Positions 8,545 through 16,683 of a stretch of 20,000 nucleotides of DNA are shown piece after piece. A program made the position numbers and the translations under genes. Each line of letters begins with the position of its first letter. Within the stretch, counting starts at the first letter, position 1. The notes beneath the pieces were generated by a model. It made no database searches, was not told the DNA's origin, and saw only the letters and a list, made by a program, of their open reading frames with translations. Origin of the DNA: Halorussus marinus (GTDB lineage: Archaea > Halobacteriota > Halobacteria > Halobacteriales > Haladaptataceae); NCBI RefSeq assembly GCF_004765795.1, contig NZ_SBIV01000001.1:736236-756235 (forward strand), read 5' to 3'.

Positions 8545-8838
8545 ATGGTCGAGAAAGCGAGACGCGCGAAGGTCGGACCCGCGCGTGCGGACCCGGACCG
8601 GACGTGGGAGGTGTTCGCCCGCGACGAGGCCGGCGACGACCCGCGGTACGTCGGGCGGGTTCGGGCGGGCGACGCCGACGCGGCCCACGCGGAGGCGAGT
8701 CGGCTGTTCTGCTGGTACGCCGCGGAGGTGTGGGTGGTTCCGTCGGCGGCGATCCGGACGTATGCGGTCGACGCCGCCGGCGAATCCGAGTCGGCGCTCC
8801 CGGAGACCGGCGACGAAGGCCGGACCCACGAGCTGTAA
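8545..8838 (+). CDS. Htur_1727-family small protein (PaaB-like; normally radical-SAM-partnered)
   Basis: MVEK...WEVFAR...PRYVGRVRA.DA..AHAEASRLFCWYAAEVWVVP...GDEGRT matches my recollection of this haloarchaeal family (WEVF-x-R...VG-x-V-x-A...LF-x-W...VW). TTTTTC lies 22-27 nt upstream. Confidence 0.75.
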   Translation: MVEKARRAKVGPARADPDRTWEVFARDEAGDDPRYVGRVRAGDADAAHAEASRLFCWYAAEVWVVPSAAIRTYAVDAAGESESALPETGDEGRTHEL

Positions 8839-8860
8839 GTCCGCGCGACCGGCGGCCGGC

Positions 8861-10513
8861 TCACCGGAGCGCCGCCACCAGCAGGACGATCGCGCCGACC
8901 GCGCCGACGAGCGCGACGGTCACGCCGCCGACCGCCGTCGGCGCCGCCGACGGGATCGCGTCCGCCACGCCGTCGGCGGCCGCGAGCGCGAGCCCCCCGA
9001 CCGCGACCGTTCCGACCGCGTGCAACAGTTCGGCGCGGCGGGTGTCGGCTCGCCGACCGACCTCGGCGCCGAGCGTCGTCGCGAACTCCCCCGCGTCCCA
9101 GACGACGAGCGCGAGCGCGAGCCCCGCGAGCACCGTCCAGAGGGGCACGTCAAGCGTCCCCGCGAACGCCGCCGCGACGAACAGCCCGCCGGCCGCGAGC
9201 GACGGCCCGGCGATCGCGTCGGCGACGAGCCCGATCGCGAAGCAAAACCAGAGGGCGAACACGCCGAGCGCCGCCAGAAACGCCACCAGCGCGGCGAGCC
9301 CGACGACGACGGTCTCGGCGCCGTAGAAGTCGACGACTCCCCCAGAGAGCCGGCGGAACTGGTCGGCGAGCGCCGCGTCGAGCCGCCCGGCGACGAACGC
9401 GACCAGTCCGTCGACGACCCGTTCGCCGGCGACCCACGACGCGGCGGCGATCGCGACGCCCGCGGCGTACGGCGCGTAGCCGACGAGCAGGTCGGCGGTC
9501 GGCGTGCGGGCCGACCCTCTCACGAGCCCGAGCGCGACCGCGACCGCGAGCGCGCCGACGGTCAGCCCGACGAGGGCGCGGCGAAGCCCGGTGTCGGTGG
9601 TCACGTCGACGAGCGGATCGAAGGCGGCGGGCGGGAGCGCCGCGCGGAGGGCGTCGGTCGGGACCGCGACGCCGACGAGGAGTGCGATCGGGAGCGCGGC
9701 CAGCGCCGCGGTCGCGACCCAGACCGCCGCGCGGTCGAGGGCGTCCGCGACGGCCGCCACTTCGAGGTCGCCGACCGTCGCCCCGCCCGCGAGTTCGCGG
9801 GTCGGGAGCGCCCGGAGCGCCCGGTAGGTCGCGAACGCCGCGGCCGCGACCACCGCGGCGAACGACCCGATCTCCGGGTCGGACGCGGCGGGGGCGAACA
9901 GCCAGCCCGACGCCCCGGTCGCGACCCGGTCGACGATCCGGTCGACCGCCACCAGATCGTACTCCGTCGCGAGGGCGGTGGCCGCGAGCCCGACGGCGAC
10001 CGCAACCGGGACGACGGCGGTCCGGACCACCAGCCCCCAGCACCGCCCCAGCGTCTCGCCGGTGGCGACCCGCCGGACCGACGCGGCCGCGCCGAAGACC
10101 GCGAGCGTACAGCCACAGAGCACCGCCGCGATCCCGAGGAGCCGGAGGCTCTGGCCCGCCACCCGGGTCGGGTTCGGTGCGGGGAACACCGCCGCGAACT
10201 CGACGAGCAGTTCGTAGCCGATCCCGGCCGCGACAGCGCCGACCGCGGGCACGACGAGGAGGCTCGCCGCCAGCGTCCCGGAGACCCGCCACGAGTCGAG
10301 GTCCAACAGCCAGAGCGCGGCCGCGAGCCCGACCGCGCCCGCCCCGGCGACCGGCACGCCGGCGCCGACCCCCGCGAGCCGGCTCAGGAGCGCGACGCCA
10401 CAGACGGTGCCGAGTCCGGCGATCGCGGTGCTCGTTCGGGTCGGGGCCCAGTTTCGCTCCGGGACGGTGTCGGTCGGGCTGTCGGGCGCACGATCGGGAG
10501 TAGCGTCTGTCAT
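8861..10513 (-). CDS. Polytopic membrane protein, 550 aa (last gene of the transglutaminase/DUF58 operon)
   Basis: Likely start ATG 10513 (MTDATPDRAPD...), overlapping the DUF58 stop (ATGA). Many hydrophobic helices. The C-terminal 'LVVWDAGEFATTLGAEVGRRADTRRAELLHA' segment is typical of haloarchaeal DUF58-associated membrane proteins. Confidence 0.82.
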   Translation of the reverse strand: MTDATPDRAPDSPTDTVPERNWAPTRTSTAIAGLGTVCGVALLSRLAGVGAGVPVAGAGAVGLAAALWLLDLDSWRVSGTLAASLLVVPAVGAVAAGIGYELLVEFAAVFPAPNPTRVAGQSLRLLGIAAVLCGCTLAVFGAAASVRRVATGETLGRCWGLVVRTAVVPVAVAVGLAATALATEYDLVAVDRIVDRVATGASGWLFAPAASDPEIGSFAAVVAAAAFATYRALRALPTRELAGGATVGDLEVAAVADALDRAAVWVATAALAALPIALLVGVAVPTDALRAALPPAAFDPLVDVTTDTGLRRALVGLTVGALAVAVALGLVRGSARTPTADLLVGYAPYAAGVAIAAASWVAGERVVDGLVAFVAGRLDAALADQFRRLSGGVVDFYGAETVVVGLAALVAFLAALGVFALWFCFAIGLVADAIAGPSLAAGGLFVAAAFAGTLDVPLWTVLAGLALALVVWDAGEFATTLGAEVGRRADTRRAELLHAVGTVAVGGLALAAADGVADAIPSAAPTAVGGVTVALVGAVGAIVLLVAALR

Positions 10514-11928
10514 GAGTGTGCGAGGAGCGTCCGTAGCGATCGTTCGAGCGCGACGTCGAGCGGGTCGGCGACGTCCCAGTCGACCGTCGACGCGCCGGTC
10601 GCCCGGAGGTCCCAGAGCCGTAGCGTCCGTCTGGCGGCCGCGACCGTCCGGCCCGGCGAGTCGTCGCCGGTCACGTCGGGGCTGAGGACCGCCAGTTCGT
10701 GACCCCGGACCGCAAGCGACTCCGCGAGCGACTCGGGCCAGCCGTCGAGCGCCGGCGAGACCAGCACGACCTGCGAGTCCGCCGGCAGTCGGGCCAACAG
10801 CCGGCGGATCACGGGGTCGGTCCGACCGCCGTCCGGGGCCGCCGCGCCGGGGGCGTCGGCCGCATCGTCCGGGCGCTCGGCCGTCGGCTCCCGGGGCCCG
10901 GCGGCCGGCGCGGCCAGCGAGCCGTCGGACTCGTCGGTCGGGACCGATCCGGGGTCGTCGCGCTCGGCCGCGCGCCCGACCGCCGCGAAGACCCGCCGGG
11001 CGCTCCCGACCCCGTCGTCGGTGCCGACCCACGGGAGGCCGTCGGGCGGGAGCGCGCCCTCGTAGTCGCCGTCCCGGAGCCCGACCGCGGTGACGGTCGT
11101 CGCCACGCCCGCCGCGGTGAGCGCGTCGTACAGGCGTTCGGCCGCGTACGCCGACAGCTCGGCGCCGTTCGGGTAGCCGGCCCGGGCGGTCGCCCGCGCG
11201 ACGGGACGGGCGTCCACGACGACCACGGTCCGAGCCGCCCGCTCCTCGCGGAACCGGACCGTCGTGAGGTCGCCGGTCTTGCCGAACCGCCGCCAGTCGA
11301 TCCGGCTCAGCGAGTCGCCCGGCCGGTACTCCCGGGTGGAGTGAAACTCGATTCCCTCCCCGCCCGAGTCGGTCGTGTGGGTGCCGACCCGGCGGGGCGA
11401 CGGGCTCGCGAACGGCGGCTCGGACACTCCGAGCGAGCACGAGAGGGTGTCGGCGCCCGACGCCTCGACCGCGACGGTCGCCCGGTCGGTCCCGCTCAGC
11501 GTCCGGACCCGGACCGCGGGGTCGCCGAACGCGTGGTCCCCGCGGGTGGCGACGACCGAGTACGTCGCCGTCGCGGTCTCGCCCGGCCGGAGCGCGAGCG
11601 CGGCGCGCGGCGACCCCTCGACCACCCGTAGCTCGTCGGGGACCGCGTCGACGAGCCGGAGGTCCGCGAGCGCCGACTCGCCCTCGTTGCGGACGGTGAG
11701 TTTCACCTCGACGGTCGCGCCCGGTGGCGGCTCTGCGGGCGAGAACGACCGCTCGACGCTCGGCGCGGGCGCGTCCGACAGCGCCGAGAGCGCGCCGTAC
11801 GCGACGTAGCTCAGCGGGACGACCGAGGCCGCCAACAGCCGCGGTTCGGCGTACAGCAGGCCGATCGCGGTCAGCAGGAGCGTCCCGGCGAGGCCGCCCC
11901 GCCACCGCGGGACGCGCTCGCGGGTCAC
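10510..11928 (-). CDS. DUF58 domain protein (MoxR-associated, vWA-like)
   Basis: Two N-terminal TM helices and an Ig-like region, then the DUF58 signature GEGIEFHSTREYRPGDSLSRIDWRRFGKTGDLTTVRFREE and VVVVDAR. GTG start overlaps the upstream TGA; SD GGAGGTGA at 11935-11942. Confidence 0.92.
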   Translation of the reverse strand: MTRERVPRWRGGLAGTLLLTAIGLLYAEPRLLAASVVPLSYVAYGALSALSDAPAPSVERSFSPAEPPPGATVEVKLTVRNEGESALADLRLVDAVPDELRVVEGSPRAALALRPGETATATYSVVATRGDHAFGDPAVRVRTLSGTDRATVAVEASGADTLSCSLGVSEPPFASPSPRRVGTHTTDSGGEGIEFHSTREYRPGDSLSRIDWRRFGKTGDLTTVRFREERAARTVVVVDARPVARATARAGYPNGAELSAYAAERLYDALTAAGVATTVTAVGLRDGDYEGALPPDGLPWVGTDDGVGSARRVFAAVGRAAERDDPGSVPTDESDGSLAAPAAGPREPTAERPDDAADAPGAAAPDGGRTDPVIRRLLARLPADSQVVLVSPALDGWPESLAESLAVRGHELAVLSPDVTGDDSPGRTVAAARRTLRLWDLRATGASTVDWDVADPLDVALERSLRTLLAHS

Positions 11929-12563
11929 GTCGCCTCACCTCCGTCTCCGGTCGATCCGGCGTCGAAGGGGTCCTCGAGCGCCGCGACCGTGCGCTCGATG
12001 CGGCGCCGGCGCTCGGCCTCGGGGTCGAGCCACTTTCGGAGCCGGGCCCCGAGCGGGAACGCCGGCCCGTCCTCGGTGGCGAGAAATGCCGCGGCGGTCT
12101 GGTCGGCGGTCCACGCGCCGGTCTCGACCGCCCGGGTCGCCGCCTCGGGCGAGCAGTCAGCCCGGCGGGCGTGAGCCGCCTCCGCGGTCTCTGCGAGGGT
12201 CGCCCGGACCGACGCCAGCGCCGCCGGGTCGCCCGCGACCGCGTCGGCGACGCGCTCGTCGAGGGTCCGACCGGTCCGGGCGCGATCGGCGGCGGTGACG
12301 CGCTCGGGCGGGTCGCCGACCCCTTCGAGCGGCGCCGACGGCCCGACGGGAACCGGCGGGCGAGCCGACCCCGACCGGGCGCTCCACGCGGCGTAGAGCC
12401 CGACGACCGCGCCGAGCGCGAGCAGGAGTCGCCGAGGGTCGCGAGATTCGAGGCGGGCGGCGACCGCGGCCACCTGCTCGGCCGTGATGTCGGGCGCGAA
12501 GACGACGACCGCGGTGGCCGCGGTCAGGAGCGCGCCGAGGCCCCCGAGCAGACGCCGGCCCAT
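11925..12563 (-). CDS. Conserved haloarchaeal membrane-anchored protein of MoxR/DUF58 operons, 212 aa
   Basis: Two N-terminal hydrophobic segments and a C-terminal 'GAWTADQTAAAFLA...RLRKWLDPE' motif. Translationally coupled at both ends (TGATG and GTGA overlaps). Confidence 0.8.
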   Translation of the reverse strand: MGRRLLGGLGALLTAATAVVVFAPDITAEQVAAVAARLESRDPRRLLLALGAVVGLYAAWSARSGSARPPVPVGPSAPLEGVGDPPERVTAADRARTGRTLDERVADAVAGDPAALASVRATLAETAEAAHARRADCSPEAATRAVETGAWTADQTAAAFLATEDGPAFPLGARLRKWLDPEAERRRRIERTVAALEDPFDAGSTGDGGEAT

Positions 12564-15500
12564 CAGTCCTCACCCCCCGCGCCGTCGGCGTCGGCGTCGT
12601 CTTCGGGCCGGGTCGCCGCCTCGATGGCCGCCAGCGCGTCCTCGACGCGGGCGAGTCGGTCGGCCGGCGAGCGCGCGCCGTACTCGACGTCCCGGAACGC
12701 GTCTCTGAGCGTCGCCACCGCGTCGGCCGGGAGGTCGTCGACCCGGACGGCGTGGACCGCGAGCTCGCCGGGGGTCATCGCGGCCGGCCGGCGCACCGAG
12801 ACGGCGCCGAGGAACTCGCGCCACGCCTCCCGGAGCGTCCGATAGGAGTCCTCGTCGGTGGTTTCGGCGTCGTTGGCGGCCGGGGTGCCGACGCGGTCCT
12901 CGACCGACCGGCGAACCCGCGACCGCATCGCTTCGATCCGCTCGCCCAGCCACGCCCGGAGCCGCGCGAGCAGTTCGCGGACGGTCGTCTCGCGGGCCAC
13001 GAGCTCCCGGAGCGCGGCCGCGACCGACGCGATCGCTTCTTCGAGGAACGCCGCGATCCCGAACAGCGCGGCGACCGCGAGCCGCGGCAAGGCGGTCGTC
13101 GCGGCGAGCACGACGCCCGCGACGCGTCGGGGCGTCACGCCCCGTCGAGCCGCGAACAAGGCCAGCCCGCCGACCGCGAGCGCGACCCCGAGCAGGACGC
13201 CCGCGAGGTTCGCGAACAGCCCCGAGACGGTCTCCCGGGCGGTCTGGCCGTCGGCCGAGACGACGACGTCGGCGCTCGACGCGAACGGGAGCCGGGCGGT
13301 CACGGTGCCGTCGACGCCGGTTGTCAGGTCGGCGCCGCCGACCGCCACCGACGCGTTCGCCACCGGCTCGCCGTCGTAGTTCGCCGACACCTCGACGCCG
13401 GTGGCCGGCAGGGCGACCGGAAGCGACGGCTCGGCGGTGACGTTCAGCGCCGGGAGTTCGACGGTCGTCTCGCCCGACACCGGGCCGCGCGAGGCCGCGA
13501 CCGTGACGGGACCGGGCGAGTCGGGGAGTCGGATCTCTGCCCGACCCCGGCGGTCGGTCTCGGCGACTCGCTCGCCGCCGACCCGCACGTCGGCGTTCCG
13601 GAGCGGGACGTCGTCGACCGTCGCGGTCACGACCACCTCGCCGCCGGTGACGATCTCGCCGGATACGGTCAGCGTGGCGTTGGTCTCGAGCGCGTACGAT
13701 CGAGAACCGTTGGTCTCGTTGGCGACCGAGAGCGCGCCGGGCGGCGTCGAGACCGAGGCGGGGCGGTCGAACGCCAGCGACCCCACCGCGGCGGTCCGGG
13801 AGACCTCGCGTACCGTCACGGTGAGGTTCCGGGCGTAGGGGACCTCGCCGGACACTCGTCCCGCGTCGTCGGTCGTCCCGACCGGCTCGCCGTTGAACAG
13901 GACCTCCACGCCCGACGCCGGCGATCCGTCGCGAGCGACGGTCGCGGTCACGGTCGCGCCCGGCACCGGCGTGCGGTTGAGCGAAACGTCGTAGCCGGCG
14001 GCGGCCGTCTCGTCGGCCCCGTCGGTCTCGTCGATCTCTTCGGAGTTGTCGGTCTCGTCGGTCTTTTCGGAGCTGTCGGTCTCGTCGGTCCCGTCAGTGT
14101 CGTCGGTGTCCTCGGCGTCGTCGGTCGTTTCGCCCGGTTCGCTCGATCCGTCGCCGGTCGTCTCGGTCGCTTCTCCGCCGGTCGTCTCGTCCGATCCGCT
14201 CTCTTCCCCGCCGGACTCGCCCGACTGCGTCCCGCCGGCGTCGTCCGCCGTCGCGCCCGAGCCGTCGGGCGTGCCGGTCGACGCCCCCGGGTCGGTCGCG
14301 GTCCCGGGTTCGCCGTCGGCCGTCCCGTCCGACCCGCCCTCGGTCGCCGGGCCCGCCGTCGAGCCACCGGCGGTGGCGTCGGCCGTCGCGCCGGTGGCGG
14401 TGCCGACACCGTCCCCGCCCGTCTGGCCCGCCCCGGGCGTCACGGTGCCCTCCGCGGAGAACGTCTCGTTCGGGCTCCCCTCCTCGACGGGGTCGTAGTC
14501 GGTCTCGCCGGTCCGGTTTTCGAGCGCGGCCTGTTCGGCCCGGAGTCGGTCGCTCCCCGGCGTGGGGTCGAACCGGACCCACCCGACCTCCGGGAAGTAC
14601 ACCTCGACCCACGCGTGGGCGTTCATCCCCCGGACTTCGTAGGTGTTTGGCCCGACCTGCTGGCCGGTCGAGTAGCCGACGACGTACCGGGCGGGGACGC
14701 CCTGGGACCGGAGCATCGCTGTCATCGAGGTCGCGAAGTACTCGCAGTAGCCTTGCTCCATCTCGAAGACGAACTCGGCGGCCGCGTCCTCGCCGGGGCG
14801 GCTGGCGTTCAGCGAGTAGCTCTTGTTCGCTTCGAGCCACGATTCGATCCGGGTCGCGGTCCCGTACGGCGAGTCGGCGTCGGCGGTCAGGTTCGCGGTG
14901 AACGGGGCGAGCCGGCGCTCGGTGTCCTCGGGCAGGGCGGTGTACCGCGACTCGATCTCGTCGGGGTACTCGCGGCCCGCGGTGCGGAGCAACGTCGGGT
15001 CCTGCGGAGGTCGGTGGCTCACGCCCGTGTAGGTCGTGCCCGCCGGCAGGGCCGTCTCGCTGGCGAACGCACGGCGGTCGGTGACGAGCGGCGAGTCGAC
15101 GCCCGAGATCGATTCGGGACGCCAGACGCTCGGGAGCGCGGTCGCCGACTGATTGAGTCGGACCCGGTACTCGACGCGCTCGCCGGCGATTCCCTCGCCG
15201 CCGAGCGGCCCGGTGTACGGTCGGGGCTCGCCGGATCGCTCCCAGCCAGCACCGGTGTAGGTGTCGTACGCGCCGGTCCGCCAGTAGCTCTTCGCGCTGG
15301 CTCGGACGGTGAAGTGGACCGCGGCGTTCTGCGATCGGAAGGCGCTGGCGCCGTCGCTCGCCAGCGGCCCGCCCACGTCGGTTCGCTCGCCGGGATTGAG
15401 CGCGCCGAGGCTCCCGCCCCCGGAGAGCGCGCCGGCGCCGCCACCGCTACCGGCGGGCGCGGCGTCGTACGGGTCGGCGTTCGGTTGCGGGACGGTCGAG

Positions 15501-15655
15501 CCCAGCGGCGAGTCGCCCAGCCCCGACGAGGAGACCGCTGGCACGACTATCGCGGCGAGCGCGACGGCCGCGACACAGCACACGACCAACAGCGTCCGGA
15601 GGCGGTCGCGCGACTGCTCGTCGTCGGGCACCAGCGAGGGCGACGTGTCGGTCAT
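12563..15655 (-). CDS. Membrane-anchored transglutaminase-like (TgpA-type) protein with Ig-like repeats and a C-terminal DUF4129-like domain, 1030 aa
   Basis: YWRTGAYDTYTGAGW (TgpA N-region) and the Cys-His-Asp triad GYCEYFA / HAWVEVY / FDPTP. Then an acidic G/T/D linker, beta-rich repeats (TDDAGRV, TDRRGRA, TGVDGTV), TM helices and C-terminal TPGELA...FRDVEYG. Confidence 0.92.
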   Translation of the reverse strand: MTDTSPSLVPDDEQSRDRLRTLLVVCCVAAVALAAIVVPAVSSSGLGDSPLGSTVPQPNADPYDAAPAGSGGGAGALSGGGSLGALNPGERTDVGGPLASDGASAFRSQNAAVHFTVRASAKSYWRTGAYDTYTGAGWERSGEPRPYTGPLGGEGIAGERVEYRVRLNQSATALPSVWRPESISGVDSPLVTDRRAFASETALPAGTTYTGVSHRPPQDPTLLRTAGREYPDEIESRYTALPEDTERRLAPFTANLTADADSPYGTATRIESWLEANKSYSLNASRPGEDAAAEFVFEMEQGYCEYFATSMTAMLRSQGVPARYVVGYSTGQQVGPNTYEVRGMNAHAWVEVYFPEVGWVRFDPTPGSDRLRAEQAALENRTGETDYDPVEEGSPNETFSAEGTVTPGAGQTGGDGVGTATGATADATAGGSTAGPATEGGSDGTADGEPGTATDPGASTGTPDGSGATADDAGGTQSGESGGEESGSDETTGGEATETTGDGSSEPGETTDDAEDTDDTDGTDETDSSEKTDETDNSEEIDETDGADETAAAGYDVSLNRTPVPGATVTATVARDGSPASGVEVLFNGEPVGTTDDAGRVSGEVPYARNLTVTVREVSRTAAVGSLAFDRPASVSTPPGALSVANETNGSRSYALETNATLTVSGEIVTGGEVVVTATVDDVPLRNADVRVGGERVAETDRRGRAEIRLPDSPGPVTVAASRGPVSGETTVELPALNVTAEPSLPVALPATGVEVSANYDGEPVANASVAVGGADLTTGVDGTVTARLPFASSADVVVSADGQTARETVSGLFANLAGVLLGVALAVGGLALFAARRGVTPRRVAGVVLAATTALPRLAVAALFGIAAFLEEAIASVAAALRELVARETTVRELLARLRAWLGERIEAMRSRVRRSVEDRVGTPAANDAETTDEDSYRTLREAWREFLGAVSVRRPAAMTPGELAVHAVRVDDLPADAVATLRDAFRDVEYGARSPADRLARVEDALAAIEAATRPEDDADADGAGGED
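14021..14090. repeat. 27-bp tandem repeat (about 2.6 copies) in the transglutaminase linker
   Basis: gtcggtctcgtcgatctcttcggagtt (14021-14047) / gtcggtctcgtcggtcttttcggagct (14048-14074) / gtcggtctcgtcggtc (14075-14090). The first two copies are 24/27 identical. Encodes TDETDSSEKTDETDNSEEIDETD. Confidence 0.8.
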
Positions 15656-15728
15656 GTCGGGTGCGGACCCGGCCCCGGGTCGATCGCGTCGGGGCCGAGA
15701 GGTACGGGTGCAAACTCCGAGGACACAC

Positions 15729-15735
15729 GTAAAAA
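15729..15735 (-). promoter_or_regulatory. Candidate TATA box for the transglutaminase operon
   Basis: TTTTTAC on the minus strand about 75 nt upstream of ATG 15655. Confidence 0.4.
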
Positions 15736-15786
15736 GATTGGTGAATGTGGGAGTCGTTGCCGAGTCGATCGCTCGCGTCCGGCGGT

Positions 15787-15843
15787 CGTTTAAGTGCTTT
15801 TGGCGATAAGGAGAATATACGAGCGGAAGCCGATCCGGGTTCT
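15787..15843 (+). repeat. Left copy of the 57-bp inverted repeat flanking the RNAP-epsilon gene
   Basis: cgtttaagtgcttttggcgataaggagaatatacgagcggaagccgatccgggttct; 45/57 identical, ungapped, to the reverse complement of 16684-16740. Confidence 0.88.
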
Positions 15844-16600
15844 ACTGGTCTCGCGTCTCCTCGAAGCCGCCGCTCCGCCCGTCGCCGGACCCTCGGGTTT
15901 CGAGGCTCGGGAGGTTCGGGTCGCGGTAGGGGTTGTGGCCGTGGACCGCCTCGTCGAGCCCCCGCTCGTCGATCTGGTCTCTCAGGACCCGTCGGAGCCG
16001 GTTCAGGCTCGTGATGTCGATGCCGTGTTTTTCGGCGAGGTCGGCGAACGCCGGATCGTCGGTGATCGAGTCGAACTGATCGTAGAGGGCTTCGAGGCGC
16101 TCGGGCGGGAGGCTCCCGATCCACTCGGCGTCGTGGAGCCCGAGGTACCGCTCGCGCTCGGTGTCGACGACGTGGCGGATCGTGACGAGCGCGACCTTCG
16201 GGATCGCCCGCTGGCTCCCGAACGCGGTGAGATCGAGGTCGGCCATCACGCCGATGACCCGGTCGCGTTGCCACGGCGTCAGCGACAGGTCGTTGCAGAG
16301 GGCGTGGGTGATCCGGAGCTTGTCGAGGCGGTGCATCCGCTCGCTGTGGCCGGCCATCGCGGCGTGGCGCTCCTCGTGGAGTCGGCGGACGCTGTCGGAG
16401 AGGTCCGCGTCGGGCGAGCGCGCACGGCCGATCTGGGTCGCGGCCGGCGTCACCGGCCCCCACTGACGGACGATGCCGTCGCGCTGGAGGTCCGCGCGCG
16501 CGACCGCGCCGTCGCCGGCACGCCGGCTGAAGCGGCGCTCGTCCGCGGGGTCGTGTTGCCACGTCGGAAGCGCCGCGTCGGAGTCGCTCTCGGTCATCAC
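15842..16600 (-). CDS. rpoeps: Haloarchaeal protein annotated as 'DNA-directed RNA polymerase subunit epsilon'
   Basis: Motifs recalled for this family: RQWGPVTPAATQIGRA.SPDADLSDSVRRLHEE, LDKLRITHALCN.L.LTPWQRD, DLTAFGSQRAIPKVALV.IRHVVD, DITSLNRLRRVL and NPYRDPNLP. Start is GTG 16600 or ATG 16597. Confidence 0.8.
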   Translation of the reverse strand: MMTESDSDAALPTWQHDPADERRFSRRAGDGAVARADLQRDGIVRQWGPVTPAATQIGRARSPDADLSDSVRRLHEERHAAMAGHSERMHRLDKLRITHALCNDLSLTPWQRDRVIGVMADLDLTAFGSQRAIPKVALVTIRHVVDTERERYLGLHDAEWIGSLPPERLEALYDQFDSITDDPAFADLAEKHGIDITSLNRLRRVLRDQIDERGLDEAVHGHNPYRDPNLPSLETRGSGDGRSGGFEETRDQ

Positions 16601-16623
16601 CCACCTCTAGCGGCGCGACGCGG

Positions 16624-16633
16624 TTTAAATATA
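16624..16633 (-). promoter_or_regulatory. TATA box of rpoeps
   Basis: TATATTTAAA on the minus strand, 24-33 nt upstream of GTG 16600. Confidence 0.65.
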
Positions 16634-16683
16634 CGGCTCGTCGAACCGTCGAACGCCGTGGCTCGGCGGGCGATTGCTTCGGG

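Noticed and set aside
14021..14090. 27-bp repeats as a CRISPR array
   Set aside because: The units are directly adjacent with no spacers, lie in frame within a CDS, and no cas genes are present.
8585..15793. Very long alternative ORFs (8585..10702 +, 12752..15793 +, the N-terminal half of 8861..11938 -) and similar Arg/Pro-rich ORFs across the window
   Set aside because: Shadow frames of real genes in high-GC DNA: Arg/Gly/Pro-rich, no motifs, and unlike the acidic haloarchaeal proteome.
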